DNA from: a virus
Virus record (IMG/VR): IMGVR_UViG_3300035193_000016
Direction: 5' to 3' (one strand)
DNA: 38,378 nucleotides
Below the pieces are notes generated by a model. That model was not told the origin of the DNA. It did no database searches and saw only the letters and a program-made list of their open reading frames with translations. Of the stretch, positions 24,254 through 34,103 are shown one piece after another. The translations under genes were made by a program, and so were the position numbers. Within the stretch, counting starts at the first letter, position 1. Every line of letters starts with the position of its first letter.

Positions 24254-24627
24254 GGACCGCCTGTCAGCTATGGTTTAGCGGAGTAACGATAGGTGAGGCT
24301 CGATCGGTTACCTATCCCGATGAGTATTACTACGTATACGTTCGTGCGGCTGGTGGGCGGGACAAAAAGTTTGATCGGCGGGCGATTCGTCGAGTAGATA
24401 TCATAACCTACTTCGGCGATTTGTTTACAAGCGCCGTGCAGGTGTGGAAGATGTGGAAATTGTACGGACTGCCGCATGGTGGGGGCTGGCTCGGTGAACG
24501 GCCGATGGTGACGCAGGTGATCACAATCGTCGAGGAAGAGCGCATATTCTACGAGATGTGCGAAAGGGAGAATCCACGCAATGGCAATAGCGGAGGAACT
24601 TCGCGTCGTCATAAACGCCGAGGTTGA
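23897..24627 (+). CDS. tail assembly chaperone G-T fusion made by -1 programmed frameshift at 24244-24250
   Basis: The -1 frame is open from the slippery site to 24627 (my translation KKLRTACQLWFSGVTIGEAR...; it includes track ORF 24421..24627) and overlaps the tape measure start. Confidence 0.65.
24244..24250 (+). promoter_or_regulatory. -1 ribosomal frameshift slippery heptamer A_AAA_AAC
   Basis: The zero frame reads GAA GAA AAA AAC TGA. The X_XXY_YYZ heptamer sits immediately before the G stop codon. Confidence 0.65.
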
Positions 24628-27298
24628 GAAAGCGATACGTGATCTCGGCGGATTTGGCCGCGAGATGGACAAACAAGAGAGCAAGGCACAACGATTTGCG
24701 AACTCTCTAAATACCATCGGACGGAACATGCAGCGGTATCTCACGCTCCCTATTCTCGGCGCCGCCGCTGCATCGGTTAAATTTGCCGCTGACATCGAAA
24801 GGCAACAAACAGCATTCGGCGTCTTGCTCCAGGATGTCGAGCGCGGGAACAGACTTTTTGAAGAGCTAAAGACGTTTTCTGCACAAACCCCGTTACAGCT
24901 TGAAGATATTACCGCTGCATCACAGACCCTTCTTGCTTTTGGAACCGAATCTGAGAATGTCATAGAGCAAATAGGTAGGATAGGAGACGTCGCGCAAGGC
25001 AATGCCGAGAAACTGAACAGGATAACGCTTGCATTTGGTAAAATACAGGCGCGTGGAAAAGCCTCAATGGAGGAGATTAACATTCTCATTGAGGCCGGCG
25101 TTCCGATTATCGCAACACTGGCTGAAAACTTCGGGGTTGCTGAATCTCAAATCTTTGACTTTGTCTCCTCAGGAAGGGTTGGATTTGAAGAGATAAACGA
25201 GGCGCTTGTTTCACTCACATCAGACGGCGGTCAATTTGAAGGTATGATGGAGCGCATATCTCAGACCACGGCTGGTAAATTTTCGACTGCCATAGACAAT
25301 GCCAAGCTGGCACTTGCTGAGTTTGGCGCTGAGCTGTTACCGATTGTGAATGAGATGCTTGAACAGGCGATAGAGATATCGCAGGCGTTTGCGGCGTTGG
25401 ATGACGAAACAAAGAAAGTAATATTAACCGCCGCTGCCGCGACGGCTGTAATGGGGCCGTTGGCCGTCGGCATAGTAAAGGTCGGAACCGCATTGAAAAC
25501 GCTGGCGACTCCTCCGGCTGGATACATCGTGCTTGCAATAGGAGCACTTACTACATTAGCTACCGTGATCACCACGGCAGTAAGGAGACACAAAGAATAT
25601 GAAAACGCGGTCTACAACACCGCCGAGGCACTCGAGCAACTCAACGAGCAAGAACAAATAGAGCTCAGGACCAAATTTGCGAGGGAGCGCGAGGAACAAG
25701 TCGCTATCCTTAATAGGGCTTTGAGCCAAAGAGCTGAAGCCACAAGAGAGCTTCGTAGAGTGGAGGAGGAGCTTGCTCAAGGCAGTGATGATCTTGGTCA
25801 GGCTGAACAAATTCTACAGCTCAATCAACAGGCGTTGAGAGAAACGATTGAATTTACCACGGCAGAGGTCGACAGGGCAGCGGATAGAATCGATGCGCTC
25901 AACCAAGCGGTTGGTGAGGTAGACGATTCACTTAGCGGTGATCTCATTCCAGATGTCGTCCGTTCCGGCGAAGCTCTCGATGACCTTGGTGATGAAATTG
26001 ATGAGACCGGGAAGGTAGCGGAGGAAGCAGCACGCAAGATTGACGAATATGTAGTAGCGATTAACAAGGCTCGAGGAGAAGCTGAAGTTACTAGCCTTGA
26101 TCTCACTGGATTTGCCGAGGCTCTGGCGCTCGAATATGAATTGTATGAAGGGGCTCAGGAATGGGTTTCGGAGCTTAGAAAGGTAGAGGCCATTTTCGCT
26201 AAACTTCCGGAGGACATAGAACGTACTACCGAGGCAATGGAGAAAATTACCAAGGAAACAAAGGACGTTGCCGACGAAGGCAAGAAAGCTGCGATAGAAA
26301 TAGAGACTGAGTTTCAGCGAATCGCAAAATCAATACAACTTGAGCTTGCGTCCTCAATTGCATCAGGAATAGGAAAAGGGTTGTCAGACGGCGAGATTGA
26401 TGTAAGAGGGATAACAAGGTCAGTAGTTTCAATTGTTACTGAGGCACTTGGTCAGGCGTCTGGAGTACCAGGTCTTGGCGGAGTTGCGGCGGCAGGATTT
26501 GATTTGTTTGCTGGAATCTACGACCGCCTGTTTGGTCCGACCGAGGAAGAGCTTGCAAAAGCATCGGCAGATGCAAGAGACTTTATCGAAGGACTCGACA
26601 TAGCATATCAGGATGAATTGACACTGAGACAACGATACTTGAGAGAGCTGGAAGAAGAGTTTGATCTTGAGTTTGATATCTTGAGGGATGCTTGGGAACG
26701 AAATCTTATTGGCACCGATGAATTCGTTGCAGGGATGCGTGATCTAAATGACGCCCTTGGCCAACGAACCGATGAAGCTGAGGATCAAGCAGAGCTCGAA
26801 GCAGCAACTCAAAACGAGGATGCGTTGCGAGATGCCATAAGCGCTACCGAGGACGAAATACGGAGACTCCAGGCAGAGCTTCGCAGCCTTGGTTTTGTCG
26901 AACGACTGTTTACTGATGAGGATGAAATCCTACAGCAGACAATATCTGAGTTGCAGACTGCGTTAGCAAATCTTGTTGCTCAATACGAAAATGCAGTCAT
27001 AGACCTCGGGGAAGCCGGTGGATCAGTCCCGGAGACACCACTACCGGCACCGATTACCACGACTCCCGGGGTATTGACAGGAGCAAAGGGGCTTAATTTC
27101 ATGACTCGGGGCCCACAACTTTTACTTGTCGGTGACAACGCTTCCGGCAGAGAACACGTCCAGGTCACACCGTCAGGGCAAATGTCTAATGAAGGGCTAA
27201 CAGTAAACTTTTATGCTCCAGTATACGGAATGGATGACTTCGGAGAGCGGATCGAAGAGGCATTGCAAGTCGCGAAAGAAAGGGGACGCATCGCTTGA
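24581..27298 (+). CDS. tape measure protein
   Basis: 905 aa with long coiled-coil stretches, a central hydrophobic segment (VILTAAAATAVMGPLAVGIVKVG...ALTTLATVITTAV), and the canonical position. Confidence 0.9.
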   Translation: MAIAEELRVVINAEVEKAIRDLGGFGREMDKQESKAQRFANSLNTIGRNMQRYLTLPILGAAAASVKFAADIERQQTAFGVLLQDVERGNRLFEELKTFSAQTPLQLEDITAASQTLLAFGTESENVIEQIGRIGDVAQGNAEKLNRITLAFGKIQARGKASMEEINILIEAGVPIIATLAENFGVAESQIFDFVSSGRVGFEEINEALVSLTSDGGQFEGMMERISQTTAGKFSTAIDNAKLALAEFGAELLPIVNEMLEQAIEISQAFAALDDETKKVILTAAAATAVMGPLAVGIVKVGTALKTLATPPAGYIVLAIGALTTLATVITTAVRRHKEYENAVYNTAEALEQLNEQEQIELRTKFAREREEQVAILNRALSQRAEATRELRRVEEELAQGSDDLGQAEQILQLNQQALRETIEFTTAEVDRAADRIDALNQAVGEVDDSLSGDLIPDVVRSGEALDDLGDEIDETGKVAEEAARKIDEYVVAINKARGEAEVTSLDLTGFAEALALEYELYEGAQEWVSELRKVEAIFAKLPEDIERTTEAMEKITKETKDVADEGKKAAIEIETEFQRIAKSIQLELASSIASGIGKGLSDGEIDVRGITRSVVSIVTEALGQASGVPGLGGVAAAGFDLFAGIYDRLFGPTEEELAKASADARDFIEGLDIAYQDELTLRQRYLRELEEEFDLEFDILRDAWERNLIGTDEFVAGMRDLNDALGQRTDEAEDQAELEAATQNEDALRDAISATEDEIRRLQAELRSLGFVERLFTDEDEILQQTISELQTALANLVAQYENAVIDLGEAGGSVPETPLPAPITTTPGVLTGAKGLNFMTRGPQLLLVGDNASGREHVQVTPSGQMSNEGLTVNFYAPVYGMDDFGERIEEALQVAKERGRIA

Positions 27299-29526
27299 TT
27301 CTGAAACTGACTTTTCCTGGCGAATCTGAGACCGACTATTCTGACTACCTTATAGATCGAAGCGTCAACATCACCGATCGAATCATGAACGGCGAGCAAA
27401 AATCGGTTGTCAATACGTGCAGCTTCAAACTTAAGTACAATCAGGCGCTTCAGATCAAGTTCTTCTCCGCGACAAGTTGGATACTGTTTAACCTTGACGA
27501 CGATTCAAGCAACGACATTTTTACCGGCGCGATCGCACCAACCTTCGGGTTGCGCAAGCGGAATAATGTAATGCCAATTTCAATAGAGGCAGTAGATAAT
27601 TCCTATCTCCTTGATGAATTGTTCACCGTTTCGTTCAACTTTCCGTCTACTATTGGAGGGTCTGAGTACCAGATATTCAACGCCGACAATTCGTCGAGCA
27701 ATTTGATATGGGAGCTTCTTGACGACGCTGGATATACGCCGGCTTCCGACATCGCTTCGGGTGCATTAGATATCACCACGACGGTAGAGTACTTTCAGGG
27801 CACCGAGGGCGAAGAGACATACCGGGAGTACATCGATACGTTGTTGAGCGAATATGGCTGGGTGTTTTTCTTTAACGCTTCCGGCAAGTTTAACGTCTTC
27901 CAGTGGGACAAGAATTCAATCAGCTCTACGTTTACCGTTGACGAAGACATAGAAGTCAGGAAGAACAACGTAAAAGAAGACGGCTTTGAGGTCGAGTTTG
28001 CGCAGACAGATGTTGATAGCGCGGCTCTCCTGTTTCGTGATAGCCTCCCGGTTCAAAAGGTTGGAGAACAATATCAATTCACCGGGCAGGCTATAGCAAA
28101 CAATGACTACTACCCCCCCGACTCAGATATAAATGATATTTGGCAACGGTATGTGGTGAAATATCTCGACAAGCCATATCTTTCAAGGGAAACAAGGCTC
28201 AAAAACAAGGACATAACGCTCATTGCCGCTGAGGCTTCAGACGAGTCGGTCGGTTTTATTGCGGACGACGGAATAGACATTGTTGACTCCGAGTATGAGT
28301 CAGGTCGAGCAAGGGTATCATTTCGCAATACCTCCGGTGGAGTTGCGAGTATCTATAATTTCGAGATTCGCGGTACTGCATTGTATCGGAAGTATCGAAG
28401 AACCACGAAGTCACCCTCCACTAGCACACGGCCAAAAAAATACGTTGCGAGATTTTTGCACGATACTACACTGTCTACCGTGCAGGCAAACGCTACAAGA
28501 TTCGCGGATGCTAAATACAATATTATCGCAAACGGCACATTCATCTACACATGGGGTGAACGCACAGACAGAAACACCGGAGACATTGGTACCATCAACA
28601 TCACTGATCCGAGCATCAGTCAGACAATTGTTATCGTTGAAAAGCGCTTTAATCCAGATATAACCTACCGGACGTATACAGGGATTGGAATAAGCGCGTA
28701 TTCGGCGCAAACGGTTGAGTCAACTGGCGAGTCCCCTGACACTACTACTACATCACAACAGGCAAATGCAGATTTGAACCCAGCACACTTTGTGCAATCA
28801 GCAGGCGTTATATACGGCGGAGCACCGTCAACTAGTACGTGGCTCGGCGTGCTCTATGGAGGATCCCCGAGCACCACATTCGTAGAAGATGAGACCGGCG
28901 GACTACCACCATCAGATGGCTCTTTGATTTTGACAGGAGATTTGTACGCAAAACAAAATACAATTTTTAATGCCAATTACGTGTTCGAAGACAGTGACAC
29001 TAGGACCATAAAAATAGGGCCTTCCTTTGGGATTATTGCAAGAGACGGAAGGAACGTCATAATACATGACTTACCAGACGCAATTATTCAGGATACCAAT
29101 TTTTATTGCGGGCACTTGATTCACTTTAACGATGATGATGCATTTTTGTTGTACTCATCGAGTGCGTATACCGAGGGTGTGTGGACCGAGGTGACGTGTA
29201 TCTCCAACGGAAACTCAAACGTAAAGGCCGGATTATTTCAAATAGCAATAAACTCTAGACATACATCGCTGACTTATGATTCAGACCAAATATGCACTAT
29301 AGCATTAAGACCTAACGGAACATCATGGGGGGCTGGGAGCAAGACGCCTTTATTGTCGAGGACGCTAACACTAAATTTTTCGGAAACCATAATTTTTAGT
29401 GCATCATTAAGTGGGCAACTAATTTGTCCTATAGGTGACGACTTTAAAATCGAGTTTTTTGCAAGTGTAAGACCAGATGCTGGTAGCAAGGCTATAACAA
29501 TTGCCCAGCTTGGAGTGTTTATATGA
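27295..29526 (+). CDS. distal tail / baseplate-host recognition protein (Dit/Tal-like, fused)
   Basis: 743-aa ORF directly after the tape measure. The region looks noticeably AT-richer by eye. No catalytic motif recognised. Confidence 0.5.
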   Translation: MILKLTFPGESETDYSDYLIDRSVNITDRIMNGEQKSVVNTCSFKLKYNQALQIKFFSATSWILFNLDDDSSNDIFTGAIAPTFGLRKRNNVMPISIEAVDNSYLLDELFTVSFNFPSTIGGSEYQIFNADNSSSNLIWELLDDAGYTPASDIASGALDITTTVEYFQGTEGEETYREYIDTLLSEYGWVFFFNASGKFNVFQWDKNSISSTFTVDEDIEVRKNNVKEDGFEVEFAQTDVDSAALLFRDSLPVQKVGEQYQFTGQAIANNDYYPPDSDINDIWQRYVVKYLDKPYLSRETRLKNKDITLIAAEASDESVGFIADDGIDIVDSEYESGRARVSFRNTSGGVASIYNFEIRGTALYRKYRRTTKSPSTSTRPKKYVARFLHDTTLSTVQANATRFADAKYNIIANGTFIYTWGERTDRNTGDIGTINITDPSISQTIVIVEKRFNPDITYRTYTGIGISAYSAQTVESTGESPDTTTTSQQANADLNPAHFVQSAGVIYGGAPSTSTWLGVLYGGSPSTTFVEDETGGLPPSDGSLILTGDLYAKQNTIFNANYVFEDSDTRTIKIGPSFGIIARDGRNVIIHDLPDAIIQDTNFYCGHLIHFNDDDAFLLYSSSAYTEGVWTEVTCISNGNSNVKAGLFQIAINSRHTSLTYDSDQICTIALRPNGTSWGAGSKTPLLSRTLTLNFSETIIFSASLSGQLICPIGDDFKIEFFASVRPDAGSKAITIAQLGVFI

Positions 29527-29906
29527 TTCACGAATACCTTGTGGATGATGACGGTATGATTACCGGGTCAAAGCTGATAAGCGAATTTGATCAACCAAAC
29601 GGACCTGCCCAATGCAACAAGCCAATATCGGTATTGTTCGACAAAAAAAACCGGCCACTATACCGAATGACTGAGCGTGGGCCCGAAGAGATGGGTATAT
29701 CAGATGATGAAAAAGCGAACGACAAGCAGCTAGAAATAAATGCTGTTGCCCAGAGGCATCTTCGCGAAAGTGATGTTTCAGTATTGAGGGCACTGGAAGA
29801 ATTGTTTGCCAATCAATTACCAAAAGAGCTAATAGAATCAAGGCGAGACGAGAGAGCTAAAATAAAGGAGTTGCCCAAATGGCTGAGACAAAACAGATAC
29901 GATTGA
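29523..29906 (+). CDS. hypothetical tail-module protein
   Basis: 127-aa ORF with an ATGA overlap upstream. It overlaps the next gene by 28 nt. Confidence 0.5.
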   Translation: MIHEYLVDDDGMITGSKLISEFDQPNGPAQCNKPISVLFDKKNRPLYRMTERGPEEMGISDDEKANDKQLEINAVAQRHLRESDVSVLRALEELFANQLPKELIESRRDERAKIKELPKWLRQNRYD

Positions 29907-30559
29907 GAGAAGGCACTGCTGCAGAATGGACCAGCGCAGACCCGACGTTGCTATCCGGTGAAATGGGCGTTGAGGCAGACACAAAAAAATTCAAGGTCGG
30001 CGATGGGTCTACCGCGTGGACCAGTCTTGCCTATTGGGCCTACCCTCCTATAGGAACAATTATTGCTTATGGCGGAACATCTGCACCTTCCGGGTATTTG
30101 GCATGCGATGGGTCTGCTGTGAGTCGCACTACCTACGCTGATCTTTTCTCTGCCATAGGTACGACGTGGGGCGTGGGAGACGGATCGACGACGTTCAACG
30201 TGCCTGACCTTCGTGGAGCATATCTACGTGGCGCTGGGAGTCACGGATCGGAGACGATGGCCGACGGCAACCCTTATGCCGGTCCTGCTGTCGGGGCGTT
30301 CGAAGATGACCAGATGCAGGGGCATATTCATTTCTCCGGTGCTGGAACAAGAGCGCCGGGAGAACCGGGTGTATATGGATCAACGACCGATGATATTCCC
30401 GGAATGACTGATAATTATTACGGGCATTCGACCGGCAATGTCGCAACAAAACATGCCATAACGTCAGATCCAAAGGAAGACGCCAGTAATGACACTCCAC
30501 GCACGGGAGATGAAACGCGTCCGTTTGCGGCAGGAGTACTTTACTGCATCAAAACGTAA
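29879..30559 (+). CDS. tail fibre protein with phage tail collar domain
   Basis: The N-terminal IRLREGTAAEWTSADPTLLSGEMGVEADTKKFKVGDGSTAWTSL is a fibre N-terminal repeat. GTIIAYGG...PSGYLACDGSAVSRTTYADLFSAIGTTWGVGDGSTTFNVPDLRG is the collar motif. Confidence 0.75.
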   Translation: MAETKQIRLREGTAAEWTSADPTLLSGEMGVEADTKKFKVGDGSTAWTSLAYWAYPPIGTIIAYGGTSAPSGYLACDGSAVSRTTYADLFSAIGTTWGVGDGSTTFNVPDLRGAYLRGAGSHGSETMADGNPYAGPAVGAFEDDQMQGHIHFSGAGTRAPGEPGVYGSTTDDIPGMTDNYYGHSTGNVATKHAITSDPKEDASNDTPRTGDETRPFAAGVLYCIKT

Positions 30560-30616
30560 CTCGTTTTTGGAGAATGACTTCATAGACCAACCACAGCATA
30601 TGTAAGGAGATGAGTC

Positions 30617-30916
30617 ATGGAACTGATCGGTCACATCGGAGCTATACTCGGAATTGTCCTAGGACTCGGAGCGATCGGTGCGTGGCTTGTCACATATGGG
30701 AGACAACAGGCGATGGGTGAACAAGCGAAAAAGGATATCGATGGCGTGGGGCGTAAGGTAGAGCATGTGCGCAAAGATCTACAAACGCAGATCGACAAGG
30801 TCGAAGACGATCACGCGCTGCTTTCTCGCGAGGTCTCTGAGATCAAAGCAACCGTCACAGGGACTCACAGCTTGGTCGAGCGGTTGGTTGACATGCAGAT
30901 GAGGGGGCGGGAATGA
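30617..30916 (+). CDS. membrane-anchored coiled-coil protein (holin-like candidate)
   Basis: One N-terminal TM segment (LIGHIGAILGIVLGLGAIGAWLV) followed by a charged coiled coil. AAGGAG upstream. Last gene of the late operon. Confidence 0.4.
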   Translation: MELIGHIGAILGIVLGLGAIGAWLVTYGRQQAMGEQAKKDIDGVGRKVEHVRKDLQTQIDKVEDDHALLSREVSEIKATVTGTHSLVERLVDMQMRGRE

Positions 30917-30952
30917 ATTTTAATCGCTTCATGACCGTCCGCAATAATCCAT

Positions 30953-31327
30953 TCACTCCTCCAGCAGCTCAGGGTTCTCCCAAATGTTTCCGACGACCTC
31001 GGGGATGGCATCCTCGCGTTTCTCTTTCCATGGCCACGTTTGGAACGTTGGGCCGTACTCGTCCAGCCCGGCCTGGAATGTCCACACATGCTCGCCACCG
31101 GGGCCAAAGTCAACTGGACCGCGTAGAATATCCCCTTCGTAGATATCAACGCTGTTCTTGTCATGGAGGCCGGTGTACTCCTCGATAATTGCATCGAGGT
31201 AGTTGAATGACAGGCTCTCACTTTTTGGGTAGAACGGGCAGTCATCACCAAACCCCTCCACTACCGTCTCAAGGCTAAAATAGTAGTATCTCCCACGATA
31301 CCACGCCCTGAACTTGATCTTTCTCAT
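30953..31327 (-). CDS. YopX family protein
   Basis: MRKIKFRAW... at the N-terminus and ...VVGNIWENPELLEE at the C-terminus are the YopX hallmarks. Confidence 0.75.
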   Translation of the reverse strand: MRKIKFRAWYRGRYYYFSLETVVEGFGDDCPFYPKSESLSFNYLDAIIEEYTGLHDKNSVDIYEGDILRGPVDFGPGGEHVWTFQAGLDEYGPTFQTWPWKEKREDAIPEVVGNIWENPELLEE

Positions 31328-31576
31328 TCACCCCTCCAGGTTCGTCCTCGCATTGATTAACCGCCTTCCGTGGTTCACCTGCGGTTTCCACGCAATGTAG
31401 TAGACCACTCCTTTCTCGCTGCGCTCTCGGCTGTAGTGCAGCACATCTCCGGTATCACGCATCGCCTCGAGAAGATCGCTGTGTCCGGATGCCTCACTCG
31501 CAACGCTCCCCTCATCAACGAGTGCGCTCATATCAATACGGTTGGGCCGGTCGGCTAGGAGCTCGCGGAATGTCAT
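31328..31576 (-). CDS. hypothetical protein
   Basis: 82-aa ORF, tightly packed in the minus-strand operon. Confidence 0.5.
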   Translation of the reverse strand: MTFRELLADRPNRIDMSALVDEGSVASEASGHSDLLEAMRDTGDVLHYSRERSEKGVVYYIAWKPQVNHGRRLINARTNLEG

Positions 31577-31935
31577 GGGGTCTCCTCGGCGTCGGCAAGG
31601 GCGGAGCGGGAAGCTTGCACAGCATTTCGTGTCTCATCACTTCGCCCTGTGTTTGCATCTTCGCCTCCCCGTACGGTGCGTATGCAGTTGCAATGCTCTT
31701 CTCGCTCACCGCACCAACAACCACGTCGGTAGGTCCCGGCTGGTGGTAGCTCTTTGTCAATATCAGCCTTCTGCATCGCCGCAAAGCACTCAGGGTGCAT
31801 CCGCGCCGTTACAGCCTCCCCATATGTGAACCACGTCTGGTACGATTTTCCGGTCTCGATGCGCTCGTAGCACCAATCGCAGTGATACGACTTTCGAGCA
31901 GCTTTCACACTTCGGACACTACTCACTTGGAGCAT
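31573..31935 (-). CDS. Cys-rich (zinc-binding) hypothetical protein
   Basis: HCDWCYERI ... HPEC ... CWCGEREEHCNC. The ATG at 31935 is preceded by GGAGG; an alternative ATG lies at 31947. Confidence 0.5.
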   Translation of the reverse strand: MLQVSSVRSVKAARKSYHCDWCYERIETGKSYQTWFTYGEAVTARMHPECFAAMQKADIDKELPPAGTYRRGCWCGEREEHCNCIRTVRGGEDANTGRSDETRNAVQASRSALADAEETP

Positions 31936-32293
31936 CTTCGCCTCCATGCATGATCCGGTCGTGGTCGGCGATCCATTGGCGAGCATCAGAATGATGCGAC
32001 GCATGATCTACAAATGGATATGCCCGCTGGACCAGTTGCTCAAGCTGCTCGATGTGAACGAGATAACGATCTGCTTCTCTCCGATCGGACTCTTTCTCGT
32101 CCTCTGAGAGGTCAGCATAAGCAGTCGTCATCTGTCGATTCCATCGGTCTACCGCCCACTTCGGGACAAGAACGATCCCATCATTCAATTCAACGCTTTT
32201 TGAGAAGAGATATCTCATCCAAGCGGACCATGCCTTATGTGCTTCCTCAGCCAGTCGCTCCCGCAGCGCGTCGGTTCGTTGGGTGTTACTCAT
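31919..32293 (-). CDS. hypothetical protein
   Basis: The ATG at 32293 gives MSNTQRTDALRERLAEEAHKAWSAWMRYLF.... It overlaps its neighbours by a few nt. Confidence 0.5.
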   Translation of the reverse strand: MSNTQRTDALRERLAEEAHKAWSAWMRYLFSKSVELNDGIVLVPKWAVDRWNRQMTTAYADLSEDEKESDRREADRYLVHIEQLEQLVQRAYPFVDHASHHSDARQWIADHDRIMHGGEDAPSE

Positions 32294-32477
32294 GCACGAC
32301 TCCGTAGTATTGTGCAAGCCACGTTACGACTCGCTGGGCTCCACCTTCGTCTATTCCGAGGTCATCTTGTGCGAATCTCATCACCTCCGCGAGTCCCGCC
32401 ATGACCGTAACCTCATCATGACCCATATCTTCGAATTCCAAGTGAATAAGTTTTTCCGTCCGATCACTGTTGTTCAT
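32286..32477 (-). CDS. hypothetical acidic protein
   Basis: 63-aa ORF with an ATGA overlap to the upstream gene. Confidence 0.45.
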   Translation of the reverse strand: MNNSDRTEKLIHLEFEDMGHDEVTVMAGLAEVMRFAQDDLGIDEGGAQRVVTWLAQYYGVVHE

Positions 32478-32677
32478 CCTCGTACCTCCTCGATCTCTCG
32501 TTTTGCTTCCTCAAAATGCGCCCCCCACTTGACTACCGCCTGGGGGTAGTCGGACATCATCCACACGCCATTGCAACGGGTACAGGCTATCTGCCGGTGG
32601 GTGTCAGTAAAGCGTTCTACGCAATAGTATTCGTGGTGTCCGAAAAGGCATTTGATCAAACCAACCAACCTACGCAT
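32474..32677 (-). CDS. small zinc-finger-like prophage protein (DUF1660-like)
   Basis: CLFGHHEY ... CTRCNG pattern in 67 aa. Confidence 0.45.
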   Translation of the reverse strand: MRRLVGLIKCLFGHHEYYCVERFTDTHRQIACTRCNGVWMMSDYPQAVVKWGAHFEEAKREIEEVRG

Positions 32678-33101
32678 TCCTCACCTCCTCGATCACTTCC
32701 CACAGGGCGCGCAGACTGCCTGCTGAATCACAGGCCATTACCGCTCGTTTGTGGAGAGTTGGTTCCTGCGCTGCTCCCGTGATAATGTCGAACGATCCGC
32801 ACGCAATGAAAGCGTAACGTCCCTTCCCTTGAATAGTCGCCCACGGCTGCCCCACCCGAAAGCCATAAACCTCGGGGAGCGCGGATGTCGGGATGCGCCA
32901 TTGAGCGACCATGGCGTCGAAACGCCACCCGTAATACCACACGATTGCAGAGTGTAGCGGGCCGCCTTGATATACCCCGTACTGTACTTCGCGAATTCTT
33001 CGCCACTGCGCCACCACCTCATGACTTGTGGTGTAGCAGTAGTCGCCCATAATCCGCGTGTGCTCGCTGAGTTGGATTCGGTCGCTTGTAGGCTCACTCA
33101 T
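32670..33101 (-). CDS. hypothetical protein
   Basis: The ATG at 33101 is preceded by GGAGACCACC. 143 aa, no family recognised. Confidence 0.5.
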   Translation of the reverse strand: MSEPTSDRIQLSEHTRIMGDYCYTTSHEVVAQWRRIREVQYGVYQGGPLHSAIVWYYGWRFDAMVAQWRIPTSALPEVYGFRVGQPWATIQGKGRYAFIACGSFDIITGAAQEPTLHKRAVMACDSAGSLRALWEVIEEVRNA

Positions 33102-33495
33102 GGTGGTCTCCTTTGGCGAGTGCAGCGTTACACTCATCCGAAGCGGTTATTGCATACTCAATAACTGAATCGCAGTCTTTCCTCTCCGCTGCACCAATAC
33201 AAGCTAAAAAAACTTTTGACGCTCTCGCAATCTCATCCCGTAGCCGTTGGTTCTCGGCGTCGAGCTCGGTGGCTATGGTAAAGAGGTCGTTGGCGGCAAT
33301 GATCAGTTCTTTGTTAGCCAACCAGTTGCGATCAGTCTCAATCATGGTGCCGAGATTTAGACCGTGGTGTGCAAAATCTCTACCGGAGTAAAGGGCTTCC
33401 CCAGGGCCGTGTGGTTCAAAACTCCACGGGCCTTCCGTATGCCCCTCAGTCCGCTCCACGATATCCCGTAGTCGTTCGTCTGCTATTTCACTCAT
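33094..33495 (-). CDS. Ead/Ea22-like protein
   Basis: TEGPWSFEPHG ... LIIAANDLFTIATELDAENQRLRDEI resembles the Ead/Ea22-like family. ATG at 33495. Confidence 0.45.
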   Translation of the reverse strand: MSEIADERLRDIVERTEGHTEGPWSFEPHGPGEALYSGRDFAHHGLNLGTMIETDRNWLANKELIIAANDLFTIATELDAENQRLRDEIARASKVFLACIGAAERKDCDSVIEYAITASDECNAALAKGDHHE

Positions 33496-33913
33496 CGATC
33501 TCTCCTTGTACGATCTCCAGGTAGCGGCGTAGAGCGTCGGCCGAACCACCACAGAGTTTCGCGCCGTCGAGCGTCAATATCTCGCACGTCGGCCATGCAA
33601 CATCCGTATCACCGGTTGTGCACACACCGTTGTGTGCGATAGCCCACCAGTGACCTTCTCCACGATACTGGTACACCTCGAGATGAGCGGTGAGGAGAGG
33701 GATGCGATAGAGTTCATAGAGGCCAACGGCACCTATATCATTTGTCCAAACCCCATCAGCATCACCCATTCCGGGAGGAACCCACCACGTCTGTGCTCCA
33801 TCGAAATATAGCCATGAGGCAGCTACGCAGTCGTCACTCGTCACGATCCACGCGACTCCCTGCTCATCCCGCTCGATCGTGGTCTCGTGGGTTAGGCGTG
33901 CTATTTTAGTCAT
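33488..33913 (-). CDS. hypothetical protein
   Basis: The ATG at 33913 is preceded by GGAGGAG. 141 aa, Trp-rich. Confidence 0.5.
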   Translation of the reverse strand: MTKIARLTHETTIERDEQGVAWIVTSDDCVAASWLYFDGAQTWWVPPGMGDADGVWTNDIGAVGLYELYRIPLLTAHLEVYQYRGEGHWWAIAHNGVCTTGDTDVAWPTCEILTLDGAKLCGGSADALRRYLEIVQGEIDE

Positions 33914-34103
33914 TGCTTGACTCCTCCACGAGTACGCTTTCCAACACGTACCCGTATCCCGGCTTCGGTAGGCGGTCCCATGCAAGCGCGATTGCCACAT
34001 CGCGTGTCCTGTTGTACACCAAAGTAGACTGCTCGATTTTCTCGATACATTTACCCCACTTGAAGGTTACCTTTTTCGTAGAAAGGAGGCTTTGCTTACT
34101 CAT
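33906..34103 (-). CDS. hypothetical protein
   Basis: The ATG at 34103 overlaps the upstream TGA (ATGA). 65 aa. Confidence 0.45.
   Translation of the reverse strand: MSKQSLLSTKKVTFKWGKCIEKIEQSTLVYNRTRDVAIALAWDRLPKPGYGYVLESVLVEESSND

Noticed and set aside
30917-30952. Bidirectional intrinsic terminator between the convergent late and accessory operons.
   Set aside because: I looked for a GC hairpin with flanking A/T runs in the 36-bp gap and found none.
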